Source of the DNA: Atractiella rhizophila
Taxonomy: Eukaryota
DNA length: 64,000 nt
Reading direction: 5' to 3'
Assembly: GCA_021432655.1 (NCBI GenBank)
Contig: MU271299.1
Span: forward strand, 3,545-67,544
Of this stretch, positions 25,949-38,724 are shown piece after piece (within the stretch, counting starts at the first letter, position 1; each line of letters opens with the position of its first letter). Position numbers and translations under genes: made by a program. The notes under the pieces are model-generated. The model was given only the letters and a program-made list of their open reading frames with translations. It was not told the DNA's origin and did not search any database.

Positions 25949-26867
25949 GTTGTACTAGCAGTCGACGAGAAGACAATATATCTGTGAAAGAGACGTCTGG
26001 ACTGTACGAGAGCGACTGCGAAAGACTGTCAGGGCTGTTCAACCGAGCAGAAGGGGAAATACATGAAACGTGAAACCACTAGAAATACCCGGGACCGCCG
26101 AGTCTTCAAGCTTTCTTACATCCTCACACTCCCCTCGTCGGCACCGTCACCAAACGCAAACATTCAATGGCGAAGGGTAAGAGAAGAAGAAGATAATTGT
26201 GATGGTTGAGTCGCCCAAGTGAGGTAATTGCTGATTCGGATGCATCACAGTCCACAATACTGCGAAGAAGCTCACCCTGTGGCTCAGCGGCCTTTCGCAG
26301 CTCCTTTCGCAAGGCTTTTAGCAAAGGACCGCGATACGAATACCATATTTCATCGTTGAGGTGGTTGTTGTCAAGGGCAAAAGTGAATGCCTTTCGCAGT
26401 CCTGATTCCATGACGTCTTTGTTCTTTCTCTCACACACAACCACCATATTCAATCTTTGCAGTTAAGGCATTGCTACACTTTTGTAAAGGTTTCCTATCT
26501 CTTTCCTTCCTAGCTCGACGTGCCGTTCTATTCTAAAACCGCCAATGAGGAAGTGTTCCCTTCTTTTCCATCCTCCTTCTCCGTTACGAGCCACTCGGTT
26601 TTCTGAGGGCTGCACCAACAACCGTGACTACTCTGCTTGAACTTTCCTGAACTGTCGGGTGTATTAGGTCCTCTCACTTCGTTTCCTCTAATGCCTCTAT
26701 GAACTGATCGTGCAAATTATGTTTTTAACCTATATTTCGAGCTCACTACCGCTAGCTGAGGACAAGCTTTCCAAACAGCTCCTTATTGGTTGGAACAATG
26801 ACGAGCAGCACAAGTCAAAATGCAGACACTGCCACATACATATACACATCACGACCAGCTTCGGTAA

Positions 26868-28277
26868 CTAGGGATAGTAACCAATTGGTGCCGCTTCGAA
26901 AGCCCCATCGTCTCGTCCTTCCTGCCTGTTAGCCATGGCCTGTGCCGCAACATAATGAAGAGACTTACAATGTTGCCCAAGTTTTAGTACATAAACTTTA
27001 AGATGCTCCAAGCTCTTACACGCACCTTCGCCAGAACACTGATGATCGCTCTTCGAGTAAGCAAACTCAATTATCCTGGCGCTGCCATCCTCCGCTATCG
27101 TGACATTGGCGTCGGAAACATCCCAATGCTCGACTCCGAGCTCTTGCAACTCGATGACGATATAGTATATCCTTTGGCTGGAATTTTGGAAATTCGCGTG
27201 CCAATGAGAGGTCCAAAGCCAGTCCTATTCGTCCAGCATGCTACCCACCGCCTTTTCCTACATTATTGGAATCTTTGCAATGCAGCGTGGGTTTCCGGTC
27301 ACAAGCGCCGCCTTAGAGATTCAGACCAGCCGCATCGGATGAAAGTATGGCTTCCGCGATGAGGTCGTCGAACGACTTTCCCTGAAATTCATCTGGAATT
27401 TCGACGAGGAGGGAGGTAAGAGTCTCGATGATTGGATCTCGTTCAGAATGGTGAATATCGGAGACGGCAAAGTAGGTGGTGTTGCCAAGCATAATCTTCT
27501 TGAGGAAGAGAAATTGCAAGCTGGAGTGAACAGTCGCGCGGTCGAGCTTCAGCTCAGAGTTGGTAAGAGTTACCTGTAGACTATTTAGGTAAAGAACCCG
27601 AATCGAATGATCAGAGGACGTGCTTTGCTGATGATGGACGCCTCATCTGTTGTCTCGCGGTCCATCACTACTGGTTGCATGGAACGGGCGGCTTCCACGA
27701 TCCTCGCAAGATAGTGTTCAGCGACCATCCAAGCCTTCTCTTCAGCTGCCATTCGAGGTGCTCCACCGATGGTGAACTGACAATCAGTGATTATACCATT
27801 CGAGCTGCCGTCCTGCGGATCCTTGAAGATGGGGATGGCAGACTCGTAGCTAAACTCTGGAAGATTCATAACCCTGAAAATGTGTGCTAACACCATTCCA
27901 TAGGCACAGACAAACACAGGACGGACATCAGCTTCAGATGACAGCTTTTGGGTTCTCATTGGGAGGTCGGAGTATTTGAGAATGTCATCGATGATCTCGA
28001 CAGCGTTTCTCTCGATTATCCATGGGCACGAGTCCGAGATCAAATAGTCGTGAAATCGTTTTCTCGAAATGTCCGTCAATTGAGGACAATAAATCAGTTT
28101 CTCAGGGAGGCGTGGCAAAGCCAATGACAGAACGGAGGGTTTCTTGTATGGCGAAGTCTCTGGTTGCCAGCCAGGTTGCTTCTGAGTTTCGGTGAGCTGC
28201 TTGCGCAGTGAGCGTTTGGGTAGAGTTTTGATACGTTCGGAAAGACGAAAGCGGAGCACCGATGATGTGGAAGACAT
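26868..28277 (-). pseudogene. Array copy 3: open N-terminal REase-like half, premature stop and deleted kinase N-lobe
   Basis: GC-AG first intron; TAA at 27313-27315; sequence jumps from the HWHA region directly to the last kinase exon near 27190; IDF changed to IEF. Confidence 0.75.
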
Positions 28278-29187
28278 TTCGACAAGTGGCCATGGACGAC
28301 AATTGTGACCGCGCCAAAATTCTTGAGTGCACGAGAGCCTAGACGCGAGCTGTTCCGCGAAAGAAATGCTAGGCGGTACGAAAGGTAAATCTGAGAACTG
28401 TCAATGAGCTAACTATGACAGAGTCAGCGCTAGTTCGAAGTAACGAAATGAAGGACTTTAATCGAGACAAATACACCAGTCGTACCGTATCAAGGAATTG
28501 AGCGCAGAAGTTGCATATAGAATCCTCTGTTCTTTGTCTTCATTCCTTCTGGTCAAACAACAAATAAACAAATGACACCGGCATGTTTTAGCAAATTATG
28601 TTTTCACCGTGTTGCGCAAAGAGGAGATGTCAAAATTATAGCGTGGAACAATGTGTTATATATTTGCCCTGCCCATTGTATGGGAGACGGATGATCGACG
28701 ATTGGCGATAATGCAATAAAATAAATGAGACAGGGCATTGCGATGAGCGGGCAGTAACAAACAGCATGAACGGCACGACTAATGAATGAAGATGCAGGTG
28801 GAACGTCCCTATTCGGTGAGGTTGCAACAGGAACCAAGTTCAGGATGATTGCATCTTATTTTAAAGTAAAAAAGCTCATCTCACCATCGCTGAGTAGTAT
28901 AGAGTAGCAGTGAGTATGGATAGCCATGGACGCAAACAACAACTATGCTTCGACTTCAGTTGCTCACCAGCTCAGTCAGAGTTCGCTTTTTCCTGTCCTC
29001 TACCCTTCAATCATTACCCTTTCTGATATCCTCGCCTTTACCGTATACTAGGTTGGTCAACAGCTGGTCGGCAGCTGAGGCTATGCTAATAAGTAAGGAC
29101 GAAGAAGAGAATAGCAGGTTGGTTGAATTGAAGCGGCTACGGCACATTCCGACCGGATAGCTGCGGGAAGCTCTTCTGCTTTCGACG

Positions 29188-29555
29188 AGTAAACAAACAT
29201 GCCCGCGCGTCTCCCCATGCTCAGTCGCTCCATCCGGACTCCGGACCCGCTCCCAAGGCGCACCTTCCTCCTCCGCACTTGTGGATCTTCATGCTCCCCT
29301 CACACTTTTCGTCAGCATCAACCCCAAAGCCGTCTAGGACGCCGCTGTATAATCTCCATCTTGAGAAGAGGGCTACGTATGGCACGTTCGAGAATGCCTC
29401 TTCTGTATGAAGCTGAGGGAGGGGACATGGTCTGCATTTCTTCTTGCCTGGAGCAAGCATAAAAATGTCTCATCTAATCGTCTGAGTATATATAGTACAC
29501 GATCGCGGTGCCGGGCGTATTAAGGCTGAGGTACTCGACGTATCACGCATGGTAT
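29188..29555 (+). pseudogene. Decayed duplicate of the GCV1 5' end
   Basis: Aligns by eye with 36368-36735 (atgcccgcgcgtctcccc..., atgcctcttctgtatga..., tcgacgtatcac.catggta), with indels. Confidence 0.85.
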
Positions 29556-29960
29556 ATCCCTGCTTCGGACCTATCCTGATGCTCAGAGTATGGTTAAACG
29601 ACCGAATGCGCTTCTGGGTTCCTCAACCAGATTTTTCCTCTCCTGCCCCTTCCCACCACATTTCCTCTCTCGGACCGTCTTCCTGCACATGCATCGGCAT
29701 CTGCCCTTTTGATCCTTCATACTGTTGAGCGAGAACTGTGGGGTGGGGACTGTTGCCAGTGCCAGGTACGTCTTCCTTCTCTCTTAACCAATGTTTCCTG
29801 CATATCACCACATACGAATAGCTGGGAAGTAGTGGAAGATGTGCGCTACCCAGAAAAAAACATCGGAACCCTGATGTAATGATGAGACAATTGTCCATCC
29901 TTTGCATTGATGGTTGCCATTTTCAAGATTACACCAACAACTCTTCACGATAAGAGTGCT

Positions 29961-32068
29961 TTATTGTTTCAAAGACTCGTAATGGTTCCCATATATGTCG
30001 CACAGACGTGCATGGATGGTAGCAAGGTCCTTGATGCTCAATTTGGCGTCTCCTTTGCCTGCAGTTGCGGCGAACTTCAGGAGCGGAATGGCGCGCAAGG
30101 CTTGCCTTTCTGTCATCGGTCAGGGTTATCCCATGTCCACTCCTAACTGACCAGGTCACGCACCAACATTTTGTTCTTCACCCGGAAGGGTTATGATGGC
30201 CTCAACATCCACATCTTCAGCTTCGAACGGCACCATGCCACGCCAGTAAGCCCCGCCGAGAATCGCTGCAGCTACCGGGTCGCCATTGTGTGATAACTGC
30301 CGAAGCACTTTGACATCTCGCTCTGCCAGTAAAGTTTTCTCTAACGCGGAGGATGGCTGCGGCTCAACGTTGTTGTCGTCCTGAGTTTTATCTGTTAACT
30401 TTTTCTTCGCTGACTTTTTTTTCTTCGCTGCCTCTCTCTCTGCTGACCTTGCTTTCTCCAAGTACGACTGCACCCGGGCTTTGATCTCGTCTTGATCCCG
30501 GCTTGGCGTGGACATTAAGACTGACTCGTCACGCAAGAGCAGCCACAACGACCGCGCGATCGATGCCATGGGTGGTCGCAAGCTGGGGTCAGGGTGGCAG
30601 CAGCTGATGACGAGTGCAGAAACGCCAGCGTACGGCGTGTTGCCCTGCTTTGTCCAGGCTGTTTCGCCGTTCTGTAGCTTTTCTAGGATTGATGCTGCCG
30701 CCGGAGGCAAGGAGGCCTCAGCGCGTGATTGTCGAATCACTGGTTCTCGTTGATCGAACGGGTGTTTGGAGTTCATCAATTCCCACAGCAGGACTCCGAA
30801 ACTGTTCCATCAACTCATCAGTTTGCTATTACCGTAAAGCATTCATTCTTCAACGTACCTCCATATGTCAGTCTCCTGGCTATGAATAGGGGTATGATGG
30901 TACTCTGGAGCCTCAAAACGCATATCTGCCTGTGGCTCTAATGTGTCCTCCATTAACTGTACAAGCCAGCCTGAAAAATGGTTTATGGGTGGCACTGCAG
31001 GCTTACTAGTCGGGCTTCTTCGAGTTTCGTCAATACAGGTTTCCATTCCTTGTTCCTTTCTACCAACTTCACAGTGTCATCGGAAAGTGACCGGACTAAG
31101 ATCCGAACGGAATGGAGGAACGCAATTGCCTTCGATAACTCATACGCAATCTGTAATCTGTCTTTCACATCGCCCAACTGGGTGCCTCCAAGTGAGTCCC
31201 CAAGCGATTTGGCGGACCTTAAATCCTCCATCACCATATAATATTTCCCTGCTTCAGGTTCTGCCAGGCCGTGGAACCGCTCGATAACGGTGTTAGCTGA
31301 AGAAATCTCAGAATATATTCTGACATGGCGAGGACCACGGCCAAACGGATCCACCTTCTGGGTAGTGCTGATTTCAAGGAGGATGACCTGGCTAGTCGAG
31401 GAGTCATCGTACTCAAGTGTCCCCGCCAGCATTCCATTGGGCTCTCGAGAAACCTTGAGATGCTTGTCTTCAAAGGGAAACTGGATCTCCCATTTGCCCG
31501 CGATTTTAGCGCTAATCTTCCCTTTTTCCTCGACGAGAACTTGGAAAGCGGCCAATTGATCTCGAGCAGCCATCACGTCGCCACCGATGGAAATTACAGC
31601 TTCATGAATCTTTTTACTGGTGTCACGGAGAGCATCTTGAACTGTCACACCCTGAACCTGAGTGTTTCCTGTCAGTCCAACGTCCAACAGCAGATGAGAC
31701 AGTGTCAAACTTACAGCGGCTTCCATGAGAAACCACAGAGCCGTTTCGCGCAAGCCCTCCATCAAACCCGACAGTCTTTGTCTCCATATTACTTCCCACG
31801 CTCTCTGTGCCAAACTGGAGTTCTGCGTGCAGTCGATGACAAATTTCTTGACTTCATCTAGGTTGCGCTGAACCTGTTCTGTTGTCTGCAGGGTCTTGTT
31901 TGCACGCTTTAGGCAATCCAACACGCTCTGTATGAGCAATGCAAGCTTTTGAATCTCCTCGCATTTTGTCTTAAAGCGTCGGACTTTCTGAATAGTTCTG
32001 ATGATGTAGGTGATAGTCTCCACTGCTGTCTTACTAGCTGCAAGGTCACCCACTATGACTTCGGCCAT
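29961..32068 (-). CDS. MLKL-like protein: N-terminal four-helix bundle + pseudokinase + Sel1-like C-terminal helices (5 exons)
   Basis: N-terminal IIRTIQKVRRFKTKCEEI...VQRNLDEVKKFV fits the MLKL/RPW8-like pattern. The kinase fold keeps YMVMEDL, RLQIAYELSKAIAFLHS, APE and TDIWSFGVLLWEL, but HRD is VRS, DFG is KLE, and no VAIK Lys or Gly loop is seen. The tail has GDPVAAAILGGAYWRG and AIPLLKFAA. Confidence 0.75.
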
Positions 32069-32432
32069 GTCTGCATCGAAAAATGAAGTCCAGGAAGGGT
32101 TGTTTACCAGGCTTGGAATTTAAACAACCGTCGGTCACTAGACGTATTGGACGGTTTGAGAGAATGTTGCTGTGAGACTGACAAGTGCCCTGAAGACGTG
32201 TGGAACCTCAATGAATTGAACCTTTCCAGATCATGCAATTATTGTGTTACTCTATGACAGCTACGTACTTGTCTTTGCAGTTTAACCCTGCTTAGACTGC
32301 ACAGCCTAAAAATTCCACGAACTCTTCGATTTGCCTCGTCTGTGATGTTTTGCGCCCAGTTCGACGATATCAAACCATCATCGAGCAAACTACCACAGAA
32401 GCTGAGTGTTGGTTTAGACACTACTTAACGAC

Positions 32433-35013
32433 ATGTCGCTTCCTTTTTACGTCCCCCTGGCTCCATTCGAGAAGAACCTACTCACCGAGATCATTGAACC
32501 CGTTGCCCTTGATACTTTACCCACATGGCCATCAGACATCGATGAGATCTTTCGGCAATGGATTTGGGCGGACAAATTCTTTACCACTCTCAAAAAGGAG
32601 CTGCAACTGGATTCCGTCACCGAAGAACATGGCGGGTGCTTCGACAGAGCTTACCGCGACTACTTGCGCTGGATGGCTAACCGACTCTGTACTGAACAAT
32701 TCCGATGTGCTGCTGTGAAGGATGCCAATCCCGGCCTACCAGCTGAATTAACCGCTAGACAATCAGTTCAATCGCTTGAACTTACAATCCACCCCAGCGA
32801 CAAACATTACTGGAGGCTCATCCACTGGATGTGGAAGCGAGATCATCTTATATGGCAGGAGGACGTAATCACTGAGATATCAACATTCGACATTTTCCAA
32901 TCCGTTTATAGCTTCTGCTCCACCAGGCCAGACATCCATCCCATCGAATCTGGGAGGTTGGAAAAAGTCATGAAATGTGTAGGCATCCTATCGATCGAGT
33001 CTCCTGCCAATCTCTGTGAGACAAATCAATCAGAAGAGGACCTAATCAAATCTGTTTGGCGCATTCTCGAACAGGGTGAGAGGGCTAGGGCCATGCAAGT
33101 GGTTGGTAACCCTGTACTGAACAATTCTGCCAAATCTGAGACTGTGGAACAGGCAATGAACCGTAGTATCAGCATCCTATCTCCTGACAATCTACGCGAG
33201 GTACCAACAGATCAGATTGACCAAATCACCTCTTTTGGAAGCATTCCGTATATGGAACGCCTCAACCTCAAAGTGAAAGATCTAAGCTGGGTGGAGTGGG
33301 ATCAAGACCTGATCACTCCACTTAGTGGTCACTTGCTCCACACGGAGGATGAGGTGTTTCAGTACTGCCTGAACAACAATTGGTACTTTCCTGGTCATCT
33401 TAGCTCTGGTGGGAAGGTGTTATTCGCTAAGAGGCTGTTGAAAGATACGAGACTCTTTGAGAGGACATCAGACTTTTGGAAAACGTGGGTAAGCAATTAC
33501 ATAGCAGCGCCAATTATGGTGCTTTCACTTTGATCCACACTTTCCCTAACCTCAACCTGTCAGACCGACTGCTGCCTCACTTGGAACCCTGCTAACAACG
33601 AGATATATCTCCTCGAAACCATTCCCGGTATGCAATATCGCAATATCCGACAATTCCAAAGCGATGACAGCGCATTGGAATATTTTCGCAATTTGGTGGA
33701 AGCTCACCGCCAGCCAGAGGGATATCGAAATTTCGACCCGGAATTAGCACACACTCTTCGATACATACCTCCATGTGAAGTAGATATCGATTGGAGTGAA
33801 ATCATGGGGGAAGGCAAGAACGGGGTAGTGTACCGAGCAACCTGGACGAGGCCAGGCAACATTCTGTTATCGAGAGACGGGGAGAAAGGGGAAGTCAAGG
33901 TTGTCGTCAAAGTGCTCCAGAAAGGCATAGACAAGTCAAAGTTCCAACAAGAGGTGAGCGTCTGTGTCAACAAAGAAAATTTGGGCTGACTACCTCTCTT
34001 ACTAGTTGCGCATGAATGTAGTAGCTGGCCGATCGGGGGTTGGGTTTTCCAAGTTTTTCGGTATTTCCAGCGCAACAGTCCCGAATAGATCATCAATTCC
34101 CACCTCTTTACTGGCAGGGGCGGAAACTCAAGTCCTTGTCTCACAATTCGCAGAGAAGGGCCGAATATTGGAGTTCTTAGAGGACGACCTAAAGCTACCA
34201 GGCACCTCCTTCTACCAATCCTGGAGACTCGTGATCGATAACCTTAGCGGCATTGCCAACGGTATCAACTCACTGCATGGGCAGGGCATTGTACACAGGT
34301 ATGGGGGTCCAGCTTCATACGGGTTCTTTCCAAAGCTCACATCGATCCGTAGGGACCTTCACCTGAATAATATTTTGGCGGCCCGAAATACATTCCCAGA
34401 TCAGCCAAATGGTTATGAATCAGAGGACACAGCACTGGTTATTGACCTCGGCGAGGGCCAGACCATTGAGGAGGCCGCGACATCCTTCAGAGGCAGCAAT
34501 TCTCATCGCCAATTGTGGCACGCTCCAGAACTCTGCGCAAGAAATACACAGGTGACTTGGACATTTGCGTCGGACATCTTCGCATTCGCTGTATTGGCTT
34601 GCGTGATACTCGATAAACGAAAGGAACTGTGTCTCGCACCGGTGCCTGCGGACGTCTTGGGGAGCGCGGGGTTGCCCTCAAGTGACAACGCCGACATGGC
34701 TGCTTACGTTCTACCGCTCCGCTTGAAGAACATCTTGGTTGCAGGTTTGGATGTCGAGCCGGAAAAAAGGGGGGATATGAAGTGCCATACCCAGTCACTC
34801 AACACCCTCAGCGTGCAATTGTCTGAAATCGGAAATGATTATGGAGACGACGAAAACGAGGTCGAATGGACAACCTTGAAGTGGTGGAGCTTATACCACG
34901 AGGTTCCAGACGGAGGCCCAGCACGATTTTCAACGAGTTGGGAGAGTGAGATGAATACAAGTAGTTCCATCGAACGCCCCAACTACAACGAATCAGATTA
35001 CTCAGACCCGTGA
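32433..35013 (+). CDS. Protein kinase (TKL-like) with a ~430-aa uncharacterised N-terminal region (4 exons)
   Basis: GEGKNGVVY, VVVK, spliced HRDLHLNNIL, IDLG, APE and SDIFAFAV motifs; introns after 33518, 33953 and ~34298 keep frame. Confidence 0.85.
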
Positions 35014-36378
35014 TCATGTGTCATGTCTTCAAGTTCACCCCCTCCTTGTTTCGTTGTCACGGCGCAGCTCTTGCCTGTGTTTTGGCACTTTCCTCTTCAT
35101 TCCTACTTCCCAATTGTCCTCACACGTGTCTGACGATAGCGCAACGTAACAAATTACGTTCATCCCCTTTAAGTTGTGGACAAGTTATGAGATACTTGTA
35201 GTGACGTCTCCCTGGCAGACGAAAGAAATCTGTGATCACAATTCATTTTCACGTCTTTAGGATGATGACAGCGTTAAAGAAATGTTCCTTCCGTTCTAGT
35301 CCTTTCCAACAAGGAAACCTGTCGTAGCTGTTGTCTTGGCAGCAAGGGAGAGAGATCACGTCTGAGAAACGCAGTCGCCCGAACCGTTACCAGCCATGAC
35401 CTTTCGAGCCGTACTCACGAGTGTCTGGAGGTTGCTGAAGAACGGTCGTCACCATTCAAGTACAATGTCGAAAAGCGCGGTTACTTCCCCATTACATGCT
35501 TCAGTCACAGCTTCCCCGCGGCAACTGCAGGTTTAAAACTCTTTCACTTCAAAAGCGTAGAGGTCCTGCTTCGGCGTCTCGTCCTCCTCATCCTCATCCC
35601 GGGCTATGTAATTGACGGGACGGCGTCGATGTGTCGCAGTATTACCCTAGCTCCTCAGCTGATGAGGAGCAGACCGCAAGAGCATCCGGTCACGGACAAC
35701 TTAGCCTCGACAAAGTTCCCTTCCTTCTACCAGCGGAAACTTCGCCAGTCTCGGATAAACGAAGTCGTAGCTTTCGGTGTAAGTAGGTGGGCGCCTAAGG
35801 ATTGAGATAACTAGGAGGAGAGTAAAAGCTACTCTGCTGCGAATGAGGCAGAAACTAGGATCGACGTCGTCTATGCTTTCGAATGCTTGATTGAGGGAAG
35901 GGAAGGCAGAGGATGTGGCTAGACCCCTTGCCCCTTTTGCACGATCAGTCACTGACCCCAACAGCAGCGGCGAGCTCAGTCGAATGTGTCGCAAGTGCTG
36001 AATGTAGTATTGCAGTTCTCAGTCACATGTCGTGTTGGAAAATCTATTGATGAATCTACTGGAGAGTCAGATGTTGTTGCCTGGCAGAAAGACCCTTTAA
36101 TGAACCATGAGCCTAAAACACCATCCTGTTCATCAACAGTCCAGACTTTCGTCCACTGGCACCTTTGACCTCAATGAAATTATCAGTGCTTTCAGGATAA
36201 CGCATAGCTGCTGGGAGATACACATGCACGCTGTAATCACCTGGAACTTAACTGTCGAACGTGGATGAGTTCCCGGTAATTCCCGCGGCTTCCCGGTCGG
36301 AATGTGCCGTAGCCGCTCGTCTTTTCTCTCCCACTCGCCTTCGAGGTCAGCTACGGGTTCTCAGCCAAGTAAACGAAC

Positions 36379-38199
36379 ATGCCCGCGCGTCTCCCCTTGC
36401 TCAGTCGCTCCATCCGGACTCCGGCTTTCCTCCGTACTCGCACCGCTGTCCTCCCCACCCGTGCATTTTCATGCTCCCCTCATATATTTTCCTCAGCATC
36501 AGCCCCGAAGCCGTCGAGGACGCCGCTGTACAATCTCCATCTTGAAAAGAAGGCTAAGATTGTGACGTATGGCGGATTCGAAATGCCTCTTCTGTATGAG
36601 GCTGACGGAGGGGGACATGGTCGGTTTTTCCTCTTTCATGAAATATCATCGCGTCTAATTAGTCGGGTATATAGTAAACGAGCACAATGCTGTGCGTACC
36701 AAAGCTGGTCTATTCGACGTATCACACATGGTACAAACCTGGTTCGTACCTCTCCATCCCTTCTCAACCGCAAGGTAGTAAAAGAAAACAGCTTCTCCGG
36801 TCCCTCGACCACCTCATTCCTCTCCTCCATCCTCCCGACCGACCTTTCCTCTCTCAAGCCCTCCTCCTATGCAGGCGTCGACATCTACGCTTCTTCGCTC
36901 TCCGTGCTTTTGAACGAGAACGGTGCAGTGATCGACGATCTCGTCATCACCAAGTGGGGGGAGGACAAGTTTGTCTTCAATTCTCTTCCTTACACCTTGC
37001 ATATAAGCTCACAATTGGGATAGGTATTACGTTGTGACCAATGCAGGAAGGAGAGACCGTGATCTGGGGTGGTTCAGGGAGCACCTGAAGGAATGGAACG
37101 CGAGCAAAGGGACAAAAGTGAACATGGATGTGATGAACGGATGGGGATTATTAGCTTTGCAAGGTATGTCTCTCTCCCTCTGCCTTATCGCCACGCTCAC
37201 CATACGGATAGGTCCCGAAGCAGTCGATGTGCTCAGACCCTCAATCAAAACGAAGGACTTTGACATTCAACAGCTCACTTTCGGACATTCCGCCTTCCTC
37301 GACATCCAGATTGGGGATGTGCCAGCTACACCTGTGCACGTTGCCAGGGGAGGATACACAGGAGAGGATGGGTTCGAGGTTCGCATCTTCAGCACGTCCT
37401 TCTCCCACCACACTGTTTCCCTCCCACTCTCCCAACCCTCTTCCTTCACTCAGCATGATCCCATGCTGACGAGTGTTGTGAAACAGATATCCGTTCCTCC
37501 CTCCCTCGCCGTTCCGCTCGCCAGACACCTCCTCTCCAACCCCTCCGTCTCCTTCTCCGGTCTAGCAGCTCGCGACTCCCTCCGTATCGAAGCGGGGATG
37601 TGTCTGTACGGGAACGAGTTGGACGAGGATCTCCCAGGGGGTGGTGTGACCGTCGCACAAGCCGGGTTGAGTTGGGTGATCCGTGCGTACTCTCCCTTCA
37701 ACGCTCAGCACAACATAACTGAAGATGGATGGATGGATGGTGGCGACAGCGAAGAGCCGTAGGACGGAAGACGCGGGCTTTGTGGGTGCGGAGCACACGG
37801 CGAGGGAGATCAAGGCTGGTCCGGAGCGGAGGAGGGTAGGAATCGTCGTTGGCGAGGGAGGGGGGACGGCTAGGGCTGGGAATGCGATATTCTCCTCTTC
37901 CGCGTCCGGAGAAGGAGAAGAAATCGGTTCGTTCCTTCTTCTCCACGCACTCCACACTTTGCGCTGCTGCTTCGGATTTGGTCTGATAATGCATAATGGA
38001 TGGAATAGGTACGGTCACGTCAGGAATTCCCAGTCCGACCTTGGGACAAAACATCGCTCAGGCGTACGTGAAGAGCGGACATCATAAGAAAGGGACGGAG
38101 GTGTGGGTGGAGAGGAGGAAGGGCGGAAAACGGGTGAACGCGAAGGTCGTCGGCTTGCCTTTTGTCGAGAATCGGTTCTGGAGGGGCGCTTCTAAGTGA
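36379..38199 (+). CDS. GCV1: Glycine cleavage system T protein (aminomethyltransferase)
   Basis: RTPLYNLH, GLFDVSHM, IDDLVITK, LLALQGP, RGGYTGEDGFE, GLAARDSLRIEAGMCLYG and VTSGIPSPTL motifs. Confidence 0.95.
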
Positions 38200-38724
38200 A
38201 ACTTGAAAGTGAAATGGAATACTACAAATGGCGAAAATAGTTCGGTTCAGTGGCTTCAAGTTCCGGGCCTATCAATGTCAGTGCGCAGCATAGCATTAGA
38301 GATGGTGATTTCTTCGAAATATTTCAACATGAAGTTGCGCTCTTCTGCATCACGCTCACTTCTAGTAGTAAACAGGTTTGAAGGAGGTATCATAAAGAGG
38401 ACTATGATCAGTTAGATTTGAATTTTGCCAGCGATGTTGAATAAGCAGTTGGTTCTACCCGATCCACTTGCCATATCAAACTCCTGCAAGTCTCACTTTG
38501 TCAGTCATGAGGTCCTCAATTCTCCATGATCTTGTCTTGCGCCAAGTGCCCGCCAGTGGGATCGGGAAGTGGCGTATTCCGTTTTGGCATGCCAGTAACA
38601 GTACCGTCACCGGCTAGAACCGTCCTGACGACACTCATATAATCTCCTCAGGTCCGCCTGCTTCTAAACGCGCATGATCCTGACGACGCCCGCTTTAGGC
38701 TTTTAGAAAACAAGAATAATCCTT

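Noticed and set aside
26124..26453. 109-aa minus-strand ORF between array copies
   Set aside because: Protein-like but isolated, with no motif or start/splice context I can support; probably a fragment.
31658..31714. Hydrophobic insert within ORF 30983-32068
   Set aside because: It is a 57-nt in-frame GT-AG intron, not a protein segment.
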